Below, in pieces: positions 19,800 through 30,067 of a DNA stretch of 64,000 nucleotides. A program made the position numbers and the translations under genes. Position 1 is the first letter of the stretch. Every line of letters starts with the position of its first letter. Below the pieces are notes generated by a model. That model had not been told where the DNA came from, searched no databases, and saw only the letters and a program-made list of their open reading frames with translations. The DNA is from Myxococcota bacterium. GTDB lineage: Bacteria > Myxococcota_A > UBA9042 > PHBI01 > JAWLBL01. Location: contig JAWLBL010000011.1 of the NCBI GenBank assembly GCA_041687695.1, forward strand, positions 64,001 through 128,000. Direction: 5' to 3'.

Positions 19800-20228
19800 T
19801 CAGGTCAGCCAGGCGAAGCCGAGGACGTCCACCCACAGCCCGCAGCAGATGCCGACCCAGGTGGGCGAGTGCCGTGCGTAGGCCTTGTGCGGCCCGATGC
19901 GGCTGGCCTTGTGAGCGACCCACAGGGGGAGGACGGGCGCGAAGAGGTTGCCGAAGGCGTCGAAGAAGGTGTCCTCGAGGGTGCCGAAGACGACGCTGAT
20001 CGCCGTGGGCAGCGCCACGACCGCCACCGCCAACGTCCAGAGCAGGAACTTCAGGCTGAACGGGTAGATCTGGTAGGCGAACCAGAGGCCGATCCCCACG
20101 AAGAGGGCCGTGAGGGTGGCCGCGCCGATGAGCCAGCTCTTCCACGAGGCGACCTCCTCGTCGGTCAGCACTTCCTTGGGCTCGGGCCAGGGGCTCTCGC
20201 CCGGCTCGGACTTGAAGCTGAAGCCCAT
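19800..20228 (-). CDS. Small membrane protein, paralogue A2
   Basis: ATG after AAGGAG; MGFSFKS...LTDEEVASW...AFGNLFAP. Confidence 0.7.
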   Translation of the reverse strand: MGFSFKSEPGESPWPEPKEVLTDEEVASWKSWLIGAATLTALFVGIGLWFAYQIYPFSLKFLLWTLAVAVVALPTAISVVFGTLEDTFFDAFGNLFAPVLPLWVAHKASRIGPHKAYARHSPTWVGICCGLWVDVLGFAWLT

Positions 20229-20498
20229 GACATCGCTCCTTGTCGCGTTTCGTCGCGCCGCGGTGGGGCAGGGGTGGTTGTCGAGCCTGGCATGATGACC
20301 CGGCCCGCTGAGATGCGCAACCCGTCCCCTGCCGCGGATCAGGCAGATCGAGCGGTAGTTCGGGCCACCGGACTGCACGAGCTCGCTCGTGCTCCGGCAT
20401 GGCGCAGCTCGCTGCGCCCGCGAGGCGACAGTCCCATGCCTTCCCGGGCAGCTAGCTGCCCGGACCGGGACTTTGTCGTCCGCCGCCGCTGGCGGCCT

Positions 20499-21160
20499 CG
20501 CGCCGGCCATGCGCGGGTGCGGGGGAGTTGCGGAGATCGCACAGCGCAGGCATGGCCTGCGCGGTCCACAGCCGCCTGCGGCGGCGGAACGACACCTCAG
20601 CCCCGCGCGTGGTCGCTGGGGCGTTCGCGCCGGCCATGCCGGCGCTATGGACCGCGCCGGCCATGCCGGCGCTATGGACCGCGCCGGCCATGCCGGCGCT
20701 ATGGACCGCGCCGACCGACCCCGCCACAGCTGCGGAAGGTACTTCAGTGAGCGCGCGGGTGCAGGGGAGTCGCGGAGACGCACAGCGCAGGCATGGCCTG
20801 CGCGGTCCACAGCCGCCTGCGGCGGCGGAACGACACCTCAGCCCCGCGCGTGGTCGCTGGGGCGTTCGCGCCGGCATGGCCGGCGCCATGGACCGCGCGG
20901 GTGCAGGGGAGTCGCGGAGACGCACCGCGCAGGCATGGCCTGCGCGGTCCACAGCCGCCTGCGGCGGCGGAACGACACCTCGGCCCCGAGCGTGGTCGCT
21001 GGGTCGTTCGCGCCGGCCGTGCCGGCGTCAGCGAGCGCGCGGTTGCAGAGGAGCCGCGGAGATCGGACCGCGCAGGCATGGCCTGCGCGGTCCACAGCCG
21101 CCTGCGGCGGCGGAACGACACCTGGGCCCCGAGCGTGGTCGCTGGGTCGTTCACGCGCCG
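20499..21160. repeat. REP/BIME-like palindromic repeat array (four ~142-bp units plus 3x27 bp)
   Basis: Identical 54-bp core GCGCAGGCATGGCCTGCGCGGTCCAC...GAACGACACCT at 20544, 20785, 20927 and 21070; 27-bp unit x3 from 20626. Confidence 0.9.
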
Positions 21161-21273
21161 TGGCCGTGGCCTCCGCTCCGGCCCCCGGCCCCCGCCGCGC
21201 ACGCCCCCATTGCCTCGCCCGCCGGGGCCGTGCACCATCCGGCCCGGACCCCCAACCCGCGGAGATCCCTGGG

Positions 21274-21927
21274 ATGACCCTCGCGCGCGCGCAGCTCGGC
21301 AGCAGCTTCATCGGCATCGCCGGCCTCATCGGCGTCGGCAAGAGCACCCTGGCCCGCTCGCTGGGCGAGCACCTGGGCCTCGACGTCCACTACGAGCCGG
21401 TCGCCGACAACGCCTATCTCGAGGACTTCTACGCCGAGACGGCCCGCTACAGCTTCGCGATGCAGGTCTACCTGCTCAACCGACGCTTCCAGCAGCACCA
21501 GGAGATCATCTGGCGCGGCCGCGGCGCGGTGCAGGACCGCACCATCTACGAGGACTCCATCTTCGCCAAGGTGCTGACGGACATGGATCTGATGCACCCG
21601 CGCGACTACGAGACCTACGTGGGCCTGTTCCGCAACCTGTCGAACTTCATGTGCCGCCCGAGCGCCATCGTCTACCTCGACGTCGCGCCCGAGACCTGCC
21701 TCGACCGCATCCAGCAGCGCTCGCGCTCGTGCGAGACGGGCATCACCCTCGAGTACCTGACGCGCCTGCGCGACGAGTACGAGCAGTTCGTCGTCGAGAT
21801 CAGCCGCATCATCCCGGTCATCCGGGTCGGCTGGGAGCAGTTCGCCGACGTCGAGGCCATCGCCGACGCCATCAGCCGCGAGATGACCCGCGCCAGCTAC
21901 CTGCGCACGGTGACGCTCACCCCCTGA
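21274..21927 (+). CDS. Deoxynucleoside kinase
   Basis: GLIGVGKST P-loop, YEPV, QDRTIYED, RIQQRSRSCE lid. Confidence 0.92.
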   Translation: MTLARAQLGSSFIGIAGLIGVGKSTLARSLGEHLGLDVHYEPVADNAYLEDFYAETARYSFAMQVYLLNRRFQQHQEIIWRGRGAVQDRTIYEDSIFAKVLTDMDLMHPRDYETYVGLFRNLSNFMCRPSAIVYLDVAPETCLDRIQQRSRSCETGITLEYLTRLRDEYEQFVVEISRIIPVIRVGWEQFADVEAIADAISREMTRASYLRTVTLTP

Positions 21928-21931
21928 ACGG
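21885..21931 (+). repeat. 47-bp direct repeat copy 1 (3' end of the kinase gene)
   Basis: GACCCGCGCCAGCTACCTGCGCACGGTGACGCTCACCCCCTGAACGG, identical to 22871-22917. Confidence 0.92.
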
Positions 21932-22164
21932 GGACGGCCGATGCCTCGGTGACGCGGCGGGGCCGACGTGCGGGGCGCATGCGGCGGGGCCATTCACCTG
22001 AATGATGCGACCTCGAGCGCGTCGACGTGGCTTCACATCGCCATGGACGCAGTGGGTTACATCACCGCCGCCGAGCCCCTTTCCAGAGTTGCCTTCCCGT
22101 GGGATGCACGGCGATCGGGGCTTCGTGTCCCGCACTTCATGGCCCGAAACCTACGGAGCATTTC

Positions 22165-22785
22165 GTGATCATCAAGCCTATCGCCGTCTCGACCCTCGCC
22201 CTGTCGCTCGGCCTGTCGCCGATGGCCTTCGCCCAGGAGGAGGCCGCGCCCGCCGTCGAGACGGTCGTCAAGGACGCCCGAGAGCACTCGGTCAACCTCA
22301 ACCCGCTGGGCGTCATCAGCAACAACTACACGCTCAACTACGAGCGCCTGTTCGGAGGGACCCACGGCCTCCTGGTCGAGCCGTCCTTCGGCTATGCGAG
22401 CGACTCGGACTCCTCGTCCACGGCCTTCGGACTCGACCTGGGATACCGCTGGCACTGGTCGGGCGAGCAGGACTCCGGATTCCTCGGCGTCAACGTCGGC
22501 TACTCGGTCGGCTCGGGCGAGGCCACGGTCACGGTGAACGACATCTCCGAGACGTTCGACGTCGACGTCTCGCAGTTCCGCGTGCTGGCCAACATCGGCC
22601 GCCGCTGGGCCTTCGACTTCGGCCTGAACATCACGGCGCGCATCGGCGCCGGCTACGGCGACTGGAGCGTGTCGACCGACAGCACGAACGAGTCCGCCCA
22701 GCAGGCCGTGAAGATGGTCGACACGGTCCTCGAGTTCCTGCCCTTCGCCTTCGACGGCGAGCTCTCCCTCGGCTGGATCTTCTGA
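22165..22785 (+). CDS. Outer-membrane beta-barrel protein (DUF3575-like)
   Basis: GTG after GGAG, signal peptide ending AFA, alternating beta strands, C-terminal ELSLGWIF. Confidence 0.8.
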   Translation: MIIKPIAVSTLALSLGLSPMAFAQEEAAPAVETVVKDAREHSVNLNPLGVISNNYTLNYERLFGGTHGLLVEPSFGYASDSDSSSTAFGLDLGYRWHWSGEQDSGFLGVNVGYSVGSGEATVTVNDISETFDVDVSQFRVLANIGRRWAFDFGLNITARIGAGYGDWSVSTDSTNESAQQAVKMVDTVLEFLPFAFDGELSLGWIF

Positions 22786-22870
22786 GCCCGATCAAGGCGT
22801 CGGGGCGCCGGGCTCGACCCGGCGCGCCCGTCCTCGCCCAGCCGGTCTCGGCACACGACGACGGCGGCAC

Positions 22871-22917
22871 GACCCGCGCCAGCTACCTGCGCACGGTGAC
22901 GCTCACCCCCTGAACGG
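22871..22917 (+). repeat. 47-bp direct repeat copy 2
   Basis: Identical to 21885-21931. Confidence 0.92.
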
Positions 22918-22957
22918 CGCGCGGCCCGATCCCCTCGCTCGGGGACCGGGCCGCGCG
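22918..22957. terminator. GC hairpin between convergent genes
   Basis: CGCGCGGCCCGATCCCC-TCGCTC-GGGGACCGGGCCGCGCG. Confidence 0.6.
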
Positions 22958-22978
22958 TCGATGCGTCAAAGGAATGGG

Positions 22979-23362
22979 TCAGTAGCCTCCGCCCCCGTAG
23001 GGTTTGCAGGCGCTCTTGTCCTTGCCGATGTCCGACTGGCCGGCCGCGGCGACGATGCCCTTGGCCTGCTCGACGGTCAGCACGCCGGCCTTGCGCAGGT
23101 CGTTCACCGCGTGGGCCACGCAGCTGACGTACTCACCGTGGTTCTTCCAGCAGGCCTTGGGGGGACAGAGCTTGTCGATCTTCGGCGGACGCGGAGGGTA
23201 GTAGCCGTCGTTGACGGTGTAGTCGTCCTTGTCGGCGCTCAGCGCCGCCTGATGGGTCGAGGTGGCCGGATCGGGGGCCATGGTGGAGTCGCATCCGCCC
23301 AGCGACAGGGCGAGGAAGGACGCCAACACGACCGCCCGGGCCAACGTGGCCAGGGTGTTCAT
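22979..23362 (-). CDS. Small lipoprotein, paralogue B1
   Basis: Lipobox LGGC; CPPKACWKNHGEYVSCVAHAVNDLRKAG domain. Confidence 0.8.
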   Translation of the reverse strand: MNTLATLARAVVLASFLALSLGGCDSTMAPDPATSTHQAALSADKDDYTVNDGYYPPRPPKIDKLCPPKACWKNHGEYVSCVAHAVNDLRKAGVLTVEQAKGIVAAAGQSDIGKDKSACKPYGGGGY

Positions 23363-23586
23363 GGGAACCTCGTGGAGGGGGGAGGGGGGAGCACCCTGCG
23401 GGACGGTGGGTCCCAGCGAAGGGAGTCCCCCTCAGACTAAGGCGTCGTCACGGAGCGTGAAGAGCCAGTGCCGTTTTGGCTCCTCCAGCTCGCTTGCGCC
23501 AGCCGCGGCGCCGTCCCTCGCGCGTCCGGTCGGCGACCCGCTGCCCCGGGCGGGCAGGCGAGCCGCCGTGAGTCGTACCGGCGGGC

Positions 23587-23991
23587 TCAGTAGACGTAGT
23601 CCCCGCCGCCGTCGTCGTAGCCGTCGTCGTAGCCGTCGTCGCAGTAGGCGCCGTCCTTGCCGATGTCCGACTGGCCGGCCGCAGCGACGATGGCGCCGCC
23701 CTCGCGGCCCGAGATGTAGCCCGCCTTGCGCAGATCGTTCACGGCGTGGGCGACGCAGCTGACGTACTCGCCGTGGTTTTCCCAGCAGGCGTCCGGCGGG
23801 CAGGCGCAGTCGACGGTCGGCGGGTAGTAGCAGTCGTTGCCGTCGACGACGGCGTAGTCGCTCTCGGCGGCGAGGGCGGCCTTGTGGGTGTTGGTCGAGT
23901 CGGGGGTCAGCGTCGAGTCGCAGCCGCTCAGGCCGAAGGCGAGGAGCGCCGCGCACACGACCGCGCGGACCGTGGAGGTCATCACGTTCAT
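23587..23991 (-). CDS. Small lipoprotein, paralogue B2
   Basis: Lipobox LSGC; CPPDACWENHGEYVSCVAHAVNDLRKAG domain; Asp/Tyr-rich tail. Confidence 0.8.
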   Translation of the reverse strand: MNVMTSTVRAVVCAALLAFGLSGCDSTLTPDSTNTHKAALAAESDYAVVDGNDCYYPPTVDCACPPDACWENHGEYVSCVAHAVNDLRKAGYISGREGGAIVAAAGQSDIGKDGAYCDDGYDDGYDDGGGDYVY

Positions 23992-24197
23992 GGGTACCTC
24001 TGGTTGTCTGGAGGGAAGTGGGATGCTTGCAGACTTCGAGGCGGGTGGTGGAACCCGCCGGAGAGCACCTCGAGGCTACCGCCCATCGCGACGCTGTGAA
24101 GGTCGCGGGCCCAAACCTGTGCACAGCTGGAATACACCAACGAGGACGCCAGCGTAGGCCGCTTCGGGGTCGGTCGAGCCAGCTCGGCGGCGCCGGC

Positions 24198-25583
<1,386 letters not shown>

Positions 25584-25796
25584 CGTACCTCGGGGCGGGA
25601 CGGGGGCGCGGCGCGCGGGGGCCGGGCCCGGGGTGCGGGTCCCGCGCATCATGCCGCGAGCCCGGCGGCGGGCCAAGGGGCCCGGGGGCGCCGGCCGAAA
25701 CCGAGCCCGGCCTGAACGTTCTGAGTTCCTGGCGTGTTACGGCTGCGCTCGGGCCCCGTCTCCTAGGGGCGAACCGCTGGAGGAGCTCAGTCGCCC

Positions 25797-26855
25797 ATGG
25801 CCTCTAAACACGCGATCGGACTGGACATCGGATCCAGCTCCATCAAAATCATCCAGCTCTCGTCCGACCGAAAGGGCGTGTATCTCAACGCCTTCGACAT
25901 GGCGATGCTGCCGCCCGAGACGGTCGTCGACGGCGCGCTCATGAACTTCACGGCCATCGTCGAGAAGGTCAAAGAGCTGGTGAGCGCCTCGAAGCTGCGC
26001 AATCGGGAGGTCGCCTTCTCGATCAGCGGCAACGCGGTCATCATCAAGAAGATCAGCCTGCCGGAGATGACCCCGGACGAGCTCGACGAGTCCATCCAGT
26101 GGGAGGCCGAGCAGTACATCCCGTTCGACATCAAGGATGTGAACGTGGACGTGCAGATCCTCAACCCCCGCGCCGGGCAGGGGCAGATGGACGTGCTGCT
26201 GGTCGCCGCCAAGAAGGACGTCATCCAGGACTACATGTCCGTCATCGCCGAGGCGGGCCTCAAGCCCGTCGTCGCCGACGTCGACACCTTCACCATCCAG
26301 AACAGCTTCGAGCTCAACTACGGCTTCCCGCCCAACGAGACCATCGCCCTCGTCAACGTCGGCGCCTCGGTCATCAACATCAACGTCGTCAACAACGGCA
26401 TCACGACGTTCACCCGCGACATCTCGATGGGCGGCGGGCTGCTCACGAGCGAGATCCAAAAGCACCTCAACGTCTCGTACGAAGAGGCCGAGCACTACAA
26501 GACGGCGGGTGAGGGCAACATCACCAACAACACCATCGCCCGCGAGGTGCAGCGCCTGAGCGAGCGCGTCTCGCAGTCGCTGGTCCTCGAGGTGCAGCGC
26601 TCGCTCGACTTCTTCGCCGCGACCACGGTCAACGCCGACGTCTCGAAGATCTACCTGTCGGGCGGCTCGGCGCAGATCCCGCCGCTCGTCCGCACGCTCG
26701 AGCGCAGCCTCGAGGTGCCGGTCGAGGTGGTCAACCCCTTCAAGAACATCATCATCGACCCGAAGAAGTTCGACGTGGATCTGCTGCACCGGATGGCGCC
26801 CGTCGCGGCGGTCGCGGTCGGGCTCGGGCTGCGCAAGATGGGGGACAAGCAGTGA
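25797..26855 (+). CDS. pilM: Type IV pilus assembly protein PilM
   Basis: IGLDIGSSSIK, WEAEQYIPF, YLSGGSA, AVGLGLR. Confidence 0.95.
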   Translation: MASKHAIGLDIGSSSIKIIQLSSDRKGVYLNAFDMAMLPPETVVDGALMNFTAIVEKVKELVSASKLRNREVAFSISGNAVIIKKISLPEMTPDELDESIQWEAEQYIPFDIKDVNVDVQILNPRAGQGQMDVLLVAAKKDVIQDYMSVIAEAGLKPVVADVDTFTIQNSFELNYGFPPNETIALVNVGASVININVVNNGITTFTRDISMGGGLLTSEIQKHLNVSYEEAEHYKTAGEGNITNNTIAREVQRLSERVSQSLVLEVQRSLDFFAATTVNADVSKIYLSGGSAQIPPLVRTLERSLEVPVEVVNPFKNIIIDPKKFDVDLLHRMAPVAAVAVGLGLRKMGDKQ

Positions 26856-27667
26856 TACGCATCAACCTGTTGCCCCAGGACAAGGGGCGGCGCAGCGCCA
26901 AGGGCGCGGGCAAGGGCGGGGCCAACGCGCTGCTGGTCTTCGCCATGCTGCTGGCCGTCGTCGAGGTCGCGGCCCTGATGATGTGGAAGGGCGACCTCGA
27001 GGAGCAGCTGTCGAAGGCGACCAGCCAGGCCCAGATGGCCGAGCAGCGCCAGCAGAAGCTGCAGAAGGCCAAGCGCATGCTCGAGGAGCGTGAGCAGGCC
27101 AAGCTCGAGCTGAGCAAGCAGAACCTCATCTTCGAGCGCCTCAAGGCCGACAAGACCGGCCCCTCGGAGATGCTGCAGTTCATCAGCTACGTCCTGACGA
27201 AGAAGGACGACAACCTCTACACGCGCAGCGAGATCAACGAGCAGGAGGCGGCCGGCTGGCTGCCGAACTGGAACCCGGACAACCTGTGGCTGGGCCAGAT
27301 CGAGCAGAAGGACAGCGACGTCACCCTCGAGGGCTACGCGCGCAGCCACGAGGACGTCGCCGAGTTCTCGCGCCGCCTCGACACCGGGCCGTACCTGTAC
27401 TGCATCGACGTCAAGCTCCTCGTGCGCGTCAAGAACGAGGACTTCCCCGACATCGAGCTCATCAAGTTCGAGATCTCCGCGCAGTTCAACCCGAGCCAGG
27501 ACGCCACCGTGAAGATGGCGCGCGGCGACATGCCCGAGTGCCTCGACGCCCTGGTCGAGGCGCACCTGGCGGCGCAGCCCAAGCCGGCCGCCGGCCCCAA
27601 GGGTGACGGCGCCAAGGACGGCAAGGACGGCGCCCAGGACGACAAGAAGAAGGGAGGCAAGGGCTGA
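26852..27667 (+). CDS. pilN: Type IV pilus assembly protein PilN
   Basis: IRINLLP motif, TM helix, coiled coil, LEGYA; follows pilM. Confidence 0.9.
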   Translation: MIRINLLPQDKGRRSAKGAGKGGANALLVFAMLLAVVEVAALMMWKGDLEEQLSKATSQAQMAEQRQQKLQKAKRMLEEREQAKLELSKQNLIFERLKADKTGPSEMLQFISYVLTKKDDNLYTRSEINEQEAAGWLPNWNPDNLWLGQIEQKDSDVTLEGYARSHEDVAEFSRRLDTGPYLYCIDVKLLVRVKNEDFPDIELIKFEISAQFNPSQDATVKMARGDMPECLDALVEAHLAAQPKPAAGPKGDGAKDGKDGAQDDKKKGGKG

Positions 27668-28440
27668 TGGACAAGTTCAACGCCCAGCCGATCCACGTCA
27701 GGATCGCGGTCATCCTGGTGGCCCTCGCCGCCCTCGGGGCGGGCACCTACTTCAGCCTGGTCGAGGAGATCGAGCAGGGCATCACCGCCCAGACCTCCAA
27801 GGCCAAGAAGGCTCAGGACGAGGCCGAGAAGCTCGAGAAGCAGTACGGCGACACGGCGCTGCTCGAGGCGCTCGAGAAGGAGGAGGCGGATCTGCGCGCC
27901 CAGCTCGAGGCCAACAAAGAGCTGCTGCCGACCGAGGGCCGCATCCCCTCGCTCATCAGCGCCCTGCAGCGCGAGGCGAACGACCGCGGGCTGAAGATCA
28001 ACAAGTTCAAGCCGGGCTCGCGCGAGGTCGACGACTACCTGGCGCGCATCCCGGTCGAGATGACGGTCGAGACGACCTACCCGGTCCTCATCAGCTTCTT
28101 CACGGCCCTGGCGCAGCCCGGCATGCGCATGATGACCGTCAAGGATCTGAAGCTCAAGGCGCTGCCGATGAAGGACTTCATCGACAAGACCAAGCTCCGG
28201 GACTCGGCCAAGGTCAGCCAGCCGCTGACCGCGTCGAACGCGGATCCGACGGCCCGCGCCCGCGAGAACTACGCGGCGGTGGCGGCGCTGCTGGCCATGC
28301 TCGACGCCTATGACGAGGCGGTGAAGCGCTCGCGCATCGAGGCGAGCTTCGTCGTCAACGCCTACAGCTACACCGGGCGGCCGCTGAGCCCCGAGGAGCT
28401 GCTGGCGCGCAACAAGAAGAAAGCGAAGCGGCGGCGGTAG
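27667..28440 (+). CDS. pilO: Type IV pilus assembly protein PilO
   Basis: TM helix, coiled coil, LLPTEGRIPSLI, RIPVEM; gene order. Confidence 0.88.
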   Translation: MDKFNAQPIHVRIAVILVALAALGAGTYFSLVEEIEQGITAQTSKAKKAQDEAEKLEKQYGDTALLEALEKEEADLRAQLEANKELLPTEGRIPSLISALQREANDRGLKINKFKPGSREVDDYLARIPVEMTVETTYPVLISFFTALAQPGMRMMTVKDLKLKALPMKDFIDKTKLRDSAKVSQPLTASNADPTARARENYAAVAALLAMLDAYDEAVKRSRIEASFVVNAYSYTGRPLSPEELLARNKKKAKRRR

Positions 28441-28449
28441 GAGCCCATC

Positions 28450-29235
28450 ATGACCCACCAGCGCATCCCCAAGATCGTCCGTGTCGTCGCGTTCGGGCTG
28501 GCCGTGTCCCTCGGGACCGCGGCCTGCGGCGGCGGCGACGAGCCCAACAGCCGGGGCAAGACCGCCGACGAGCTGCGCGCCGAGCGCGACGCCCAGCTGG
28601 CGAAGATGGGCAAGGGCAAGGCCGCCCAGACCGCCCAGGGCGACATGGCCGAGGTGATCTCGCTGCCGCTGCCCAAGCCCGGCTGGAAGCAGTCCATCCA
28701 GCCGTACTTCTCGCAGTATCTGACGCAGCGCTCCGCGACGCCGAAGAACGTCTTCGAGACGCAGGTCCTCGCCATCGTCCCGCGGCCCAAGCTCGAGGAG
28801 CCCGAGACCGAGGAGCGGCCCACCGAGATCGTCGAGGTGGCCGAGGAGGAGCGCGGGCCGCTGCAGCAGTATCCGCTCAAGGACTACAAGCTGCTGCTGG
28901 TCATGAGCGGCACGGCCATCCCCAAGGCGGTCGTCGTCGACCCCAAGGGGCAGGCGTTCATCCTCCAGCAGGACACGCGCATCGGCAACCGCGGCGGCAT
29001 CGTCGAGTCGGTGACGCAGTACATGGTCGTCGTGCGCGAGCCCGACAGCGACAAGCCCATCAAGATGACCATCAAGCCGCCCTACATCGATCTCGCCTCG
29101 CAGCCCGAGATCGCCGAGGAGTCCGTGCCCGCGGGCGGCTTCGTCGTCCCGAGCGCCATCCTGGGCGGCGAGCGCCCCGCCGGCGCGGGCGTGGCTCCGG
29201 CCTCGCCGGGCTTCCGGCCGGTGACGCCAGAGTAG
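28450..29235 (+). CDS. pilP: Type IV pilus lipoprotein PilP
   Basis: Lipobox TAAC, PLQQYPLKDYKL, AVVVDPKG, IGNRGG. Confidence 0.88.
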   Translation: MTHQRIPKIVRVVAFGLAVSLGTAACGGGDEPNSRGKTADELRAERDAQLAKMGKGKAAQTAQGDMAEVISLPLPKPGWKQSIQPYFSQYLTQRSATPKNVFETQVLAIVPRPKLEEPETEERPTEIVEVAEEERGPLQQYPLKDYKLLLVMSGTAIPKAVVVDPKGQAFILQQDTRIGNRGGIVESVTQYMVVVREPDSDKPIKMTIKPPYIDLASQPEIAEESVPAGGFVVPSAILGGERPAGAGVAPASPGFRPVTPE

Positions 29236-29260
29236 GCCGAGAGCGCGGCCTGCCGATCCG

Positions 29261-29296
29261 AACGCCGGGGTCCCGAACGGGGCTCCGGCGTTTTTG
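29261..29296 (+). terminator. Rho-independent terminator after pilP
   Basis: AACGCCGGGGTCCC-GAAC-GGGGCTCCGGCG followed by TTTTT. Confidence 0.75.
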
Positions 29297-29621
29297 CGTC
29301 CAAGAGTGCCTCGGATCTCGCGAGATCGGCGCCCCGCCCGCCTGACATGTCGCATCGACGTCGGCGAAGGCAGGACCGTGGAGTGCTCCGGCTTGCCGGA
29401 GCCCGGAATCGGCGCAGCTCGCTGCGCCGGGACCGCGACGAAGTTCCGACGGCAAGCCGCCGGTGTCGGGGCGCGGACCCCGCTGGGCAAGCTCGCGCAC
29501 TCGGCCAGTTGCGACACCGGCCGCCGGTCGGCGGGCCGAGGCACACTCGGACGGCGCGCGTGCGGCTGGGGGGCGGGATGGGCGGCCTGAAGACGCCTCG
29601 CGCGCCGGATCGCGGTGCCCA

Positions 29622-29930
29622 GCTCCACCCGGAGACGACACGCGGGTCGTTCCGCGGTGGAAGAGGGGGCCGGAGAGCGGGTCATCGTCTCGTTCCGTGA
29701 CGCCCTCTTCCACCTGAGAGGCACACGCGTGTCGTTCGTTGGTGGAGGAGGGGGCCGAAAACGGGTCGTCGTCTCGTTCCGTGACGCCCTTTTCCACCTG
29801 AGAGGCACACGCGTGTCGTTCGTTGGTGGAGGAGGGGGCCGAAAACGGGTCGTCGTCTCGTTCCGAGACGCCCCTCTCCACCTGAGAGGCACACGCGTGT
29901 CGTTCGCCGGTGGAGGAGGGGGGGCCGGAA
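29622..29930. repeat. ~84-bp tandem repeat, about 3.6 copies
   Basis: TCCACC anchors at 29624, 29709, 29793 and 29877; unit contains the ACACGCGTGT palindrome and TCCACC...GGTGGA arms. Confidence 0.9.
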
Positions 29931-29961
29931 ACCTCCGAGCGCCCACCCGAGATCGACTTTT

Positions 29962-29991
29962 TTGACCGCCCCGGAAACCCCTCCGAATAAT
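29962..29991 (+). promoter_or_regulatory. Putative pilQ promoter
   Basis: TTGACC-18 bp-AATAAT, about 75 bp upstream of the ATG. Confidence 0.35.
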
Positions 29992-30067
29992 CCGCCCGGA
30001 GTCGTGGCCGCAGGGGGGCATCAGGCCAGCGATTACGACTCGTACGAATCTACCCAGGAGTCGACCG

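Noticed and set aside
20499..21160. CRISPR array
   Set aside because: The inter-core sequences are homologous to each other rather than unique spacers, the unit is ~142 bp, and there are no cas genes.
20389..21273. Long N-terminal extension of the deoxynucleoside kinase
   Set aside because: It is a translation of the repeat array; ATG 21274 has a GGAG RBS and gives a normal-size enzyme.
23363..24197. Riboswitch or sRNA upstream of the lipoprotein paralogues
   Set aside because: No recognisable consensus, and the two leaders share little beyond the RBS region.
25700..25796. Sigma-54 promoter for pilM (TGGCGTG...)
   Set aside because: The GG-N10-GC spacing is not satisfied.
29622..29930. CRISPR array or coding 28-aa repeat peptide (ORF 29072..29881)
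   Set aside because: Whole units repeat without spacers, the first period is 85 bp (frame-breaking), and there is no convincing RBS or codon bias.
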